A DNA stretch of 64,000 nt from positions 32,982,086 through 33,046,085 of the forward strand of contig JARDVH010000193.1 of assembly GCA_030324005.1 (NCBI GenBank), given 5' to 3'. Source of the DNA: Negaprion brevirostris (taxonomy: Eukaryota). The translations under genes were made by a program, and so were the position numbers. How positions within the stretch are numbered: the first letter of the stretch is position 1; each line of letters opens with the position of its first letter. Under the pieces are notes generated by a model that saw nothing but the letters and a program-made list of their open reading frames with translations, ran no database searches and was not told the DNA's origin. Positions 1 through 10,890 of the stretch are shown here, piece by piece.

Positions 1-100
1 TCAACAATTGTGAGGAACAGAACCATGACACAGTACGTGACATTCTGAAGGAGTCTTTTATTTTACAGGATCCCATCCTTAATTTATATGGATTTGTATG

Positions 101-604
101 GGAAGAAATAGGTACAAGTGTAAGTCATTTGGCCTCTCAAGCCTGCTCTGTTGGATCAGACATGATCTTACTGAATGGCGGAGCAGGAATGTTGGATCAG
201 ACATGATCTTACTGAATGGCGTTCCTCATATCCACTTTCCTGCCCTTTCCCCATAAATCTTGATTCCCTCACTGATCAAGAATCTATCTGTCTCAGACTT
301 AAATATACACAAGGACTCTGTCCCCACAACTCTCTAGGGCAAGGAGTGCAAAAGACATACAACCCTCTGAGAGAAGAAACTTGTCCTCATCACAGTCTTA
401 AATTGGCGTTCCCTATATTCTGAGACAATACCCTCTGGTTCTAACGCTCCCATGAGGGGAAACACATCTCAGTATTTACGCTGTCAAGCCCCTTAAGGAT
501 CCTGTATGTTTCTGTGAGATCACCTCATTCTTCTAAATTCCAATGGGTAGAGTCTTAACCTGTTTAATCTTGCCTCATACGACAATCCTTCCATTCTGGG
601 GACC
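101..604 (-). mobile_element. CR1/HER1-like LINE 3' fragment
   Basis: Resembles the reverse complement of the CR1 3' end at 19900-20295. Confidence 0.7.
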
Positions 605-775
605 TAATATCCTTTAGGCAAGAACATCTGCTGTCCTTACATGGTGTGGCCTACATGTGACTGCAGACTCACAGCAATGTGGTGGCCTCTTAACTAACCT
701 CAGGGATGGACAATAAATGCTGGCTCAGTCAGTGACATCCACATTCTATGAATGAATTAAAATGAAAATAAAAAT
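605..775 (+). mobile_element. DeuSINE (SacSINE1-like) 3' half
   Basis: Core ggcctacatgtgactgcagactcacagcaatgtgg and tail gggatggacaataaatgctggc...catccacat...atgaatgaa. The tail is shared with the LINE at 14400-15630. Confidence 0.7.
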
Positions 776-777
776 CA

Positions 778-919
778 CCTCGTCGCCCTCGCCCTCATCG
801 TCCTCCTCGTCATCCTCCTCGTCGCCCTCGCCCCCGTCGCCCTCCTCGTCGCCCTCACCCCCGTCGCCCTCCTCGTCGCCGTCGCCCTCGCCCCCGTCGC
901 CCTCGCCCCCGTCGCCGTC
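778..919. repeat. GC-rich low-complexity repeat (tcgccc/tcc/ccg units) running into an N gap
   Basis: Directly visible; gives the Ser/Pro-rich ORF 762..1064. Confidence 0.9.
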
Positions 920-989
920 NNNNNNNNNNNNNNNNNNNNNNNNNNNNNNNNNNNNNNNNNNNNNNNNNNNNNNTATAAACCAATGGTTT

Positions 990-2705
990 ATACTGAGAAC
1001 AGTACAGCACAGGAGCAGGCACTTCGGCCCTCCAAGCCTTTGCCGATCACGTTGTCCTATCTAGACCTACCACTTATATACCTCTATTCCCCGTTTGTCT
1101 ATCAAGATAAGTCTTAAATGTCACTAACACAACTGCCTCAACCACCTCATTTGGCAATGCATTCCACGTGCCCACCACCCTTGTGTAAAAAACTTCCTCC
1201 GCTCAACTCCACTGAACTTGTGCCCCCTTGTAATTATTATTTCTGCCCTGAGGAAAAGCTTCCAACTATTCACCCTAGCTATACTTCTCATAATTTCATA
1301 AACTTCTATTAGGTCGCCTCCGTCTTTCCAGGGAGAACAATCCCAGTTTATTCAATCTCTCCTCATAGCTAATACCTTCCTTGCTGGGCAACAACCTGGT
1401 AAACCTTTTCTGTACTCTCTCCAAAGCCTCCACATCCTTCGGTAGTGCGGTGACCAGAATTGGACACAGTATTCCAAATGTGGTCTAACCAACATTTTAT
1501 ATAACTATTACAGAATTTGCCAATTTTTATTCTCAATACCCCGGCTGATGATTGTTTTCTTCACCACCTTTTACACGTGTGCTGCCAGAATCTGTGAACC
1601 TGTACTCCCAGATTTCTCTGTGCGTCTATGCTCCTGATGTTTCTGCCATTTATTTTATAGCTCCCACCTGAATTGGATCTACCAAGATGCATCACATTGC
1701 ATTTGTCTGGATTAAATTTCTGCCATTTCTCTGCCGAATTTTCCAGCCTATCTATATCCTCTGACAATCTTCACCACTATCCACAATTCCAACCCCCTTG
1801 AAATAGGAGCAAACATTCCATTGGCCTTTCTGATTGCCTGCTGCACCTGTGTGCTAGCTTTCTGTCTTTCATCCACAAGTACCCCCAAGTTCCTTTGTGT
1901 TGCAGCTTTCTGCAAGTTTTCTCAATTTAAAATATACTCTGTTCTTTTGTTTTCTCTTCCAAAATATACAAAGTCACAAGTTCCCACATTATATTCTAAT
2001 TGCCAATTTTTTGCCCACTTAGTTAAACTATTAATATCTTTTTGTAAGCTGTGTGTATCCCTCTCACAACTTGTCTTTCCTCCTATTTTTGTGTCAACTG
2101 CAAATTTTGCTACAGTACATTTGCTTCCTTCCCCCAAGTCATTAGTGCATATTGTGAACAGTTGCGATCCCAACACTGATTCCTGTGGAACATTACTGGT
2201 TACAGGTCACCAACCTAAAAAAGAAACCCTTATCCCCACTCACTGTTTCCTGCCCATTAGCCAATCCTCTATCCATTGCCAATATACTACCTCCAACATC
2301 GTGGGCTGTTATGTTACGACTTAACCTTTTGTGAGGTACCTTGCCGAATGCCTTCTGGAAGTTCAATACATCTAGCTTGAAAATAATGCCCTCTATCCAC
2401 TGCCGTTGAGTCTTCCTCAAAAAATTCTAATAAATTAATCAGATATAATTTGCCTTTCATAAAGCCACACTGACTCTGCTTGATTAGATTATGATTTTCC
2501 AAATGTGTTGCTATTACTTCCTTAATAACTAATTCCAACAGTTTTCCAACAATAGACGTTAGGATAATTGCCCTGCAGTTACCACTTTCTGCCTCCTTCC
2601 CTTTTTGAATAGGAGTGTCACATTGGCAGTTTTCCACTTCTATAGTAAGACTTCAGAGTCCAAGGATTTTTGGAAAATCACAACCAGTGCACCCACTATT
2701 TCTTC
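990..2705 (-). mobile_element. Two adjacent decayed CR1-clade LINE fragments (3' end, then RT region)
   Basis: Minus ORFs carry CR1 RT motifs: FNPDKCNVMHLG, AKFAVDTKIGG, FQKAFGKVPHKRL, QCGFMKGK...NLLEFFE. Confidence 0.88.
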
Positions 2706-4639
2706 TTGTGGGGAAATTTGAAGGTGGCCAATTGTGTGTTGCCTTAGACAGTTCAAAACTCACAAGGCAAATATCACTGCCAAGACGTAACAAATTTATT
2801 TCACATAAAACATAGAACAAAACAAATGTATAGTCAACGGAGACTTCCAAAGCGGTTAAATAGCTCTAAGGAAATATCTGAAATTCATAGTCAAATACAG
2901 ATCCATTATACATTTTCTAATCAATACGTGCCCTCTTAGGAATCCACCCAATAAGACTTGTTGACTAACCAGTTCCCAGATCTTTGGCTTTAAACTAATG
3001 ACATTCAACACCATGCCTTTCAGTACCTTTGACTAATGTGGACAGAATTTTAAATTATGAGCATGTATGGTTTGAAATCATAACTACTTGATTTGATTCA
3101 CTTACTGCATTCACATAAATGTAAATCGTTTGCGTTAGCTTGCCCAATAATCATTTAATTATTTACTGACCCCTTTCCTCTTAAAAACTGCATTCTGCCT
3201 ATGAATCTTGTTCGCTGGTTAGAAACCCCTTCTTCACTTCTTTTAGGATTCTAGGATGCAAGCTATTAGGGCCAAGGAACTTATCTGCCTTTAGCCTCAT
3301 TAGTTTATCTAATACAATCTAATCAATTAGTATTTCATGGTCTTTAAGGAAGAAAATTAATCCAGTTTAAATATCTCGCAAGAAGATGAAACTAATTTCT
3401 TTCAACATATCAGGATGCTGTAGCTTATCCTGAACACTTACATAATTATATGACTGCATTTATAAACCTTGTAATGAACCCATATCTGCTAGGCTAGTTG
3501 TAAAATCCTTCTTCACCCTTCTGCAAATTAAGTTAAACCTGAATAATACTGTGTTTAATAAACAGATGTTCTTTTGATATTTTGAAACCAGCAAAAGCAT
3601 GCATGATAGAATCGGAGTGTTTAATTTTATATTTGTCTGGTTTAAATGAAATGTAAGAGTGCTGTAAATTCAGTTATTTTTGATGACTATCGCTGATTGC
3701 TGTGCAGACACATGGATTTGGGCAGGTGNNNNNNNNNNNNNNNNNNNNNNNNNNNNNNNNNNNNNNNNNNNNNNNNNNNNNNNNNNNNNNNNNNNNNNNN
3801 NNNNNNNNNNNNNNNNNNNNNNNNNNNNNNNNNNNNNNNNNNNNNNNNNNNNNNNNNNNNNNNNNNNNNNNNNNNNNNNNNNNNNNNNNNNNNNNNNNNN
3901 NNNNNNNNNNNNNNNNNNNNNNNNNNNNNNNNNNNNNNNNNNNNNNNNNNNNNNNNNNNNNNNNNNNNNNNNNNNNNNNNNNNNNNNNNNNNNNNNNNNN
4001 NNNNNNNNNNNNNNNNNNNNNNNNNNNNNNNNNTAATGTTAGAGCTCTTGTCTGACACCAAATTATGACTGATTCAAAACATTTTCCACCACATAATGGC
4101 CAGATCTCTCAATCCCAATAGCAGTGAACGCTGAGACATCCACCACTAGTGAGGGTTGCAGTGACATGGGAAGTTCTGGCAGTAAAGGAAGAGTAATTGG
4201 AAAACGTTGAACAATTGGCTTCTGATCTAACCAGTATGTCTTCCAGTTTTGTTCAAAGTTAGTTACCTCTTTTAGTGAACTTGTTTAAGAGGTGATGGAG
4301 ATTAAGACATCACCATACCTATCTTAATCATAGCAGCAATGAACATGAGGTGTTCTTCTTGTACTGATTTTTTTGAGATTGTAGAAGCACCTGGATGAAG
4401 TAAGACTGTTATTACCACTAGTTGACTTCAAAGCATTGAGAACATGATAGTATTACCATTTCAATGATTTAAATAGATTGTATGTTAAATGTTCCATCTA
4501 AATTTCATTTGCACAAGCCTCATTCTGTAGCAAAATGACATATTAAAGAGCATGTTAAGTAATCAGCATAAACTCAGATTAAAGACAACAGAGTGTATGC
4601 AGGCACAAGCATATTAAAGCACGTCCTCACAGACTCACT

Positions 4640-5570
4640 AACTCACAGACCACAATCAGTAAGGATAGGCAACAATACCTCCTTCACAATTATCCTCAAC
4701 ACCAGTTCCCCTCAAGGCTGCGTTCTCAGCCCCCTACATCTATGACTATGTAGCCAAATTCCCCTCCAATTTAATTTGCAAGTTTGCTGATGACAGCACC
4801 TGAGTGGGTCAGATTTCAAACAATGATGAGACCGAGCACAGGAATGAGATAGAGAATCTGGTGAGCTGGTGCAGCAACAATAATTTCTCCCTCAATGTCA
4901 ACTAAACGAAGGAGATTGTCATCGAGTTCAGGAAGCGTAAAGGAGAACATGCCCCTGTCTACATCAACAGGAACGAAGTAGAAAATGTCGAGAGTTACAA
5001 GTCTTTAGGTGTCCAGATCACCAACAACCTGTCCTGGGTCCCCGATGCTGACNNNNNNNNNNACAAAGAAAATTTGGCATGTCAACTATGACTGTCATCA
5101 ACTTTTACAGATGCACCATAGAAAGCATTCTTTCTGGTTGTATCACAGCTTGTTACGGCTCCTGCTCTACCCAAGACTGCAAGGAACTACAAAAGATCAT
5201 GAATGCAGCCCAATCCATCTCGCAAACTAGCCTTCCATCCATTGACTTCCCATTGCTTTGGCAAAGCAGCCAGCATAATTAAGAACCCCCACACACCCTG
5301 GACATTCTGTCTTCCACCTTCCTCCTTTGGGAAAAAAATAGAAAAGTCTGAGATTACATTACCAACTGACTGAAGGTAATGATGCTGCTGCTGTCAGATT
5401 TTTGAATTGCATTAAGCTGATCTTCCTCTACACCCTAGCTGTAATTGTATCACTACATTCTACACTTTCTCGTTTCCCTCTCTATGAATGGTATGTTTTG
5501 TCTGTATAGCGCGCAAGAAACAATACACTGTATGTCAGTACATGTGACAATAAAATCAAATCAAAATCAA
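4640..5570 (+). mobile_element. Rex1/Babar-like LINE 3' portion
   Basis: PQGCVLSP and KFADD remnants, FYRCTIESILSGCITACYG (ORF 5079..5282), and an (aaatc)n tail near 5553-5570. Confidence 0.85.
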
Positions 5571-8500
5571 AGTCTGTATCATTCAGTTTTTATTTCAAAA
5601 TTGACTTCGACATCACATTTCTTGCCCAAAATTTGATTAGGTGATAGAGTTGCTAAGTGTAAACATTCACTTTAACCAAAATCTTGCATAAATATACTGA
5701 TAAAATTCATTTGAAATATATATTTTTATCATCTTTACAATAGAACAGATTTGCACAAAATATTTACTTTCACTATTGAATTCCACATGCTTTGAAAAAA
5801 GACAGGTGTATTTTAGTTAGGCAAACATTTCTTTTCCAATCTGTTGCATATCGAACCCAAAGTTATATGTTCAAAATTCTGTAGCTGAGGCAAAATAAAT
5901 TAAAATGGATTTCCTAGGCATCTAATGTTACAAACACAGAGTGATTTCAAGCTCTGATATTAATTATGGCCATAAAGTATTATGATAAATCGATTGGACA
6001 TGGCTTTGGGAATCCAGAACTGAGCTCAAAATCCATGGCCATATAGGAAAGGAATGATAAGTTTGCATGTCGACAGTGGGTCAGATTGTAAATTGGTATT
6101 AGAGGTCCTTCGTCATTCAAAGATCCCACAGACAACATGGTCAAGGAAGCTTTATGTTGTAAAAAATGTCTTCAATCAGCTATAATTTGGTGCCAGGGAG
6201 AAAGGAAGTGTTGCAGTGAAAGATTTAACTCAACAGCTTTCTTCACAAGCATGCTTGTGAGAGACAGCCTGTTTTGACAGGGTGTATCTCCGATGCAAAG
6301 GCTGCGTTATATATTAGAACATAAGAACATAAGAAATAGGAGCAGGAGTAGGCCATGTAGCCCTTCGNNNNNNNNNNNNNNNNNNNNNNNNNNNNNNNNN
6401 NNNNNNNNNNNNNNNNNNNNNNNNNNNNNNNNNNNNNNNNNNNNNNNNNNNNNNNNNNNNNNNNNNNNNNNNNNNNNNNNNNNNNNNNNNNNNNNNNNNN
6501 NNNNNNNNNNNNNNNNNNNNNNNNNNNNNNNNNNNNNNNNNNNNNNNNNNNNNNNNNNNNNNNNNNNNNNNNNNNNNNNNNNNNNNNNNNNNNNNNNNNN
6601 NNNNNNNNNNNNNNNNNNNNNNNNNNNNNNNNNNNNNNNNNNNNNNNNNNNNNNNNNNNNNNNNNNNNNNNNNNNNNNNNNNNNNNNNNNNNNNNNNNNN
6701 NNNNNNNNNNNNNNNNNNNNNNNNNNNNNNNNNNNNNNNNNNNNNNNNNNNNNNNNNNNNNNNNNNNNNNNNNNNNNNNNNNNNNNNNNNNNNNNNNNNN
6801 NNNNNNNNNNNNNNNNNNNNNNNNNNNNNNNNNNNNNNNNNNNNNNNNNNNNNNNNNNNNNNNNNNNNNNNNNNNNNNNNNNNNNNNNNNNNNNNNNNNN
6901 NNNNNNNNNNNNNNNNNNNNNNNNNNNNNNNNNNNNNNNNNNNNNNNNNCAAAGTGCTGTTAAATTACAAAAATCTTCATAGATGTTCCCAACTTAGTAT
7001 TTCCTGGGAGAGTATTTCAGTAGTGGTGGATATTGAGGTTTATCCTTTATTGGCCAGCATTACCACCTGTACTGTTGGGGATACCATCAGTCTCTGACGA
7101 CAAATACAGAGACTAACTATAAAGACCACAACAGATGCAGTGGCTGCTGTTACTTTCCGTACTTCCCATCATTTGTACTGCATTCTTGCCATCTTGGTTG
7201 AGTCCTGCAATCTCCTAACCTTCCCATTGGCTAGATTCATCTGCACCCTTCCTCTCATGGTTGCTTAATGGCGTAGTTCCATAAACCTCCTGGTAGTGGC
7301 CAGGGCCTTTTCCACTGCTACCCAAGCTATTTGACCCAGTATGTTTAACATACTATCCCACCATGAACTAAATGTGTAGCCTCTGAGGGTTCTGTCAGCA
7401 AGATGAAAATCCTCCACTGTAAAAGAGTCAGTGATCTGTAAGCAGAAGGTGTTGTTATTATCACACAGTAATCCTCCATATAAGAATCCAGTTCTGTCTA
7501 TCTGAACCCACTACTTACCGGTGGTTACTGTTTAGTTTTAGGGTATTTCGGGGCAGATGATGTGATATTGTGATTCGGTACAACACCTGGGACCCTACCT
7601 GGCACACCAAACAATTAACCTCCTCTTCCAGGAATTCAAATGATACGCTCCATTACAATGTTTCTGTGGTACACTCATCAGAAATGTTACTGTGTCCTAT
7701 CACAAGCTATGTAACTACTGATTCCATTTATTCTTCCTGTAAATTTCTCCACAGCCAGATACGTGTTGAGGTGCAGTAAAATCTTTTATACTCAATATCT
7801 GATTTAACATTATCTATCAAGTCCTGAGCTAACATGTGCGGCGGTCATATTAATGATGTTTATTCCCCCTGATCGTGTAGCTGCAATTTTATTTAAATCC
7901 CTGTGCTGTGAATCACAGTTGTCCTGTGGTTTCATTGGCTTTCAAGCAGGCATAAACGCTGTAACTTATGATTTGCCCAATCAGCCAGTAAAGTCAGGAT
8001 GAAATTCATGAAATTGTGGGTCACCTCCAGCGTAACCATTGGGTAGTTGATAGGTTTCTGATAGCTGCAAGTTGACAAGTTTAAACACTGCATGTTGCTA
8101 CAACTGTACAGTGATTCTTTACAGTATTACCCCCTTAGCCCCGGTTCTCAGACAAATGGGGACAAATTAGTCCGTTTGGCCATAATGCAGAACATGGATA
8201 ATAGAATTACCCCGTGCACAAGCTAATATTGTACACTGCTTTTATGTCCACGTTTCCAGTCGTGTCATAAGCACAAAAGGTCAGAGCAATGTTACCCAAG
8301 TCAGTCTGAACCCTTTTTGATAATATAACATGAATAACACAATGACTACTGGTAGTAACTTCTGTCAGAAATCCCATTACTTGATTTCCTTACCCATTCT
8401 ATGTTCTCTCCTTCTGATAGTTGTACACCTAGATGCAGACAGATGTCTTCTTTGGCGTTCATTGTGGGTGCCATCCATGCTAATGTTTTTCTTAAGAATG

Positions 8501-8883
8501 TGATCACTGTGGCTGCTGTCCTGCAGATTTCCATTGCTCTAAGGATTTTTCTGAAACAGAAAAGTTAAACAAGCTGCTGGTCGCATTCCTGCTGACAGAA
8601 ATAGACTGAGAGGTGTAAGGTTTCACCTGTGACCAATGCTTCCAAACATAAACATGTCACTAGTCATCATCATCCAGTGGAGTCCTTTCCATCGAGCAGT
8701 AGATTCAGATCAGTCGGGTGCTTCCTTAACCATTACCTTATTCCCTAATTCCGGCACGTCCTGGGAATCACTCAGTCTGCCTTCTTTCCTAGTCCGCTAC
8801 TCCTGCTGCCGTCTCACTCCACTTCAATTCCTTAAGCTGTCAACACAATTCTACAACACACCTTCTTATCCTATTTTTCAATG

Positions 8884-9205
8884 AACGTAAGAACGTAGGA
8901 GCAGGAGTAGACCGTCTAGCCCTTCGAGCCTGCCCCGCCATTCAACAAGATCATGGCTGATCTGAAGTGGATCAGTTCCACCTTCCCGCTTTCTCCCCAT
9001 AACCCTTAATTCCCTTGTCTATCNNNNNNNNNNNNNNNNNNNNNNNNNNNNNNNNNNNNNNNNNNNNNNNNNNNNNNNNNNNNNNNNNNNNNNNNNNNNN
9101 NNNNNNNNNNNNNNNNNNNNNNNCCTCTGCACCATAGCATGCTGCAGCTTTTCGCCTTTTAAATAATAATCCCTCCTACTATTATTTCTACCAAAGTGGA
9201 CAATG
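8884..9205 (-). mobile_element. Young CR1-like LINE 3' end spanning an N gap
   Basis: Tail aagaacgtaggagcaggagtag...atggctgatctgaagtggatcag is close to the copy at 60388-60586. Confidence 0.8.
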
Positions 9206-10290
9206 GCTAAGGAGTTTCACTTTCAGGGAATTCTGTCTGCAATAATTACCTTATCTTATTCAGTTTGTTTGAAGAGACTTTACGGTTTGTTTGGAAAGCC
9301 TTTACAGTCAATAAAGTATTCTCATAGTATTCTGAAACAGAAATCAAACATTCCTGTTTGATTTTAGGCATTGACATGTTTTGCTTCTTTGCCACCTTTT
9401 CCTTAAACAGTATTTGTTTTCTCAAAGATACTCGACTCGGTTGCACCTGATCTTTTTCATTTTAAAAATTTTCCAGATTCAAACAGCAGTGTTGTTGTTC
9501 TTTAACTTTGTCAAAAATCTCTAAATAAAGCACACGAGTCCATTGTGCATGAGGTAGAATGGATTAATTCATCAGTCTAACAGTTCAAGCTGCTACCTGA
9601 AAGAGTTAGCTCCCTAGTAGTCTGCAAGAGGATGGTACAAAAACTGGTTTGTTTCAAACCCAGGAAAACAAAAATTGTTATTTCTTTAAAGTATATTTGG
9701 ATTGTGATTTTGGCCAGAATCTAACTCATAATCCTCAGTTTGAGGTCTTTAACTCCCCATACAAATGACAATTTAGGGAAGAAAACATATTGAACTATAG
9801 GAAAACTCTTCATTGCATACAAGCGTACCTGTATAAAGATATGTATATTTCTAACCGCATAACATCTTAGTAGCATAAAACTTTCTTGCTCTAAATGATA
9901 TTTCAAGAAGCAGTGGGGATTAAGGAATCTTCGAGGCTTCTACCTAAATTGACAATTAAAACAATCAAAGCTCATGTTTCCTCAGCTTTTGCCTTTCGCT
10001 GCTCATTAAAAGCCCTATATGAGTAACTTTCTCTCTTTCCCGCTCTCTCTCTCTCTCTCACTCATTCACTCATTCTCCCCAAGGATAAAATACTTTGGGG
10101 ACTTGCATCAATTCATTTTTTTGTTTACCTTTTAATATTTTGGCATAATCTCAGTGACTAACCCTTCAAGTCTCCAATCTAAACTTTTGTCTGTCATGTT
10201 TGATATTAGGTTTATAGTTTGACGACTGATGTTGTCTTCTTACTAGGAAATAGATCCTTCCCCAATCCAAGTTCTACTTTTCTTTCACTT

Positions 10291-10890
10291 CACTGGACAC
10301 TTGGAAATGTTTGATACCATTTTACCACGCAGGTTTTCTCACTACACCGAACACTAGGAAGCGCTCAATACCCTTTTACTTCACTAGTTGTCTCATTACA
10401 CCAAACACTAGGGAATATTTAATTTTTATTACCACAGCTGTTTATTCATTCCATTGGACATTAGGAAATGTTTGATATTGTTTTACTTTATCAGTTTTCT
10501 CACAATACCGGACAACAGGAAACACTCAGTACCATGTTACCGCATCAATTTTCTCATGGCACCAGATACTAGGGGTGGAATTTTTCCATCCTGCCCACCA
10601 CCAGAATCATAGCTGGTGGGATATGGACCGTGCAAAGGTCTGTTGATCTCAGGTGGGATTTTTCAGCCCTGGGACGAGCGCAAGTGGAAAATCCTGCCCA
10701 AGGAAACATTCAATGCCGTTTTATTGCAACAGGTTACTCACTCCATCATACCTTAGGAAATATTTAATTCTATTTTGCTGCGCTGGTCTTCTCACTACAC
10801 CAGACAACAGAAAAGGAAATATTCGATATTGTTTTATCACAGCTGTTTACTGACTTCACCAGACACTAGGAAACGTTCTATACCGTTTTT
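10291..10890. repeat. Degenerate 54-bp tandem array, about 9 units, interrupted by a MITE
   Basis: Units start near 10291, 10345, 10399, 10452, 10506, 10560, 10744, 10798 and 10857; approximate consensus caccagacactaggaaa..tt.aata...tttta......gttttctcacta. Confidence 0.85.
10573..10699. mobile_element. MITE, PIF/Harbinger-like
   Basis: Imperfect TIRs gggtggaatttttcc / ggaaaatcctgccc with 3-bp flanks tag/aag. It splits one array unit cleanly, and a related copy lies at 22618-22738. Confidence 0.75.

Noticed and set aside
762-1064. Ser/Pro-rich ORF
   Set aside because: Translation of a simple repeat joined across a gap to LINE sequence.
2706-3560. Possible solo LTR
   Set aside because: Composition is suggestive, but I could not define termini or a TSD.
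10291-10890. CRISPR-like periodicity
   Set aside because: Whole units are homologous, with no unique spacers and no cas genes, in a vertebrate context.
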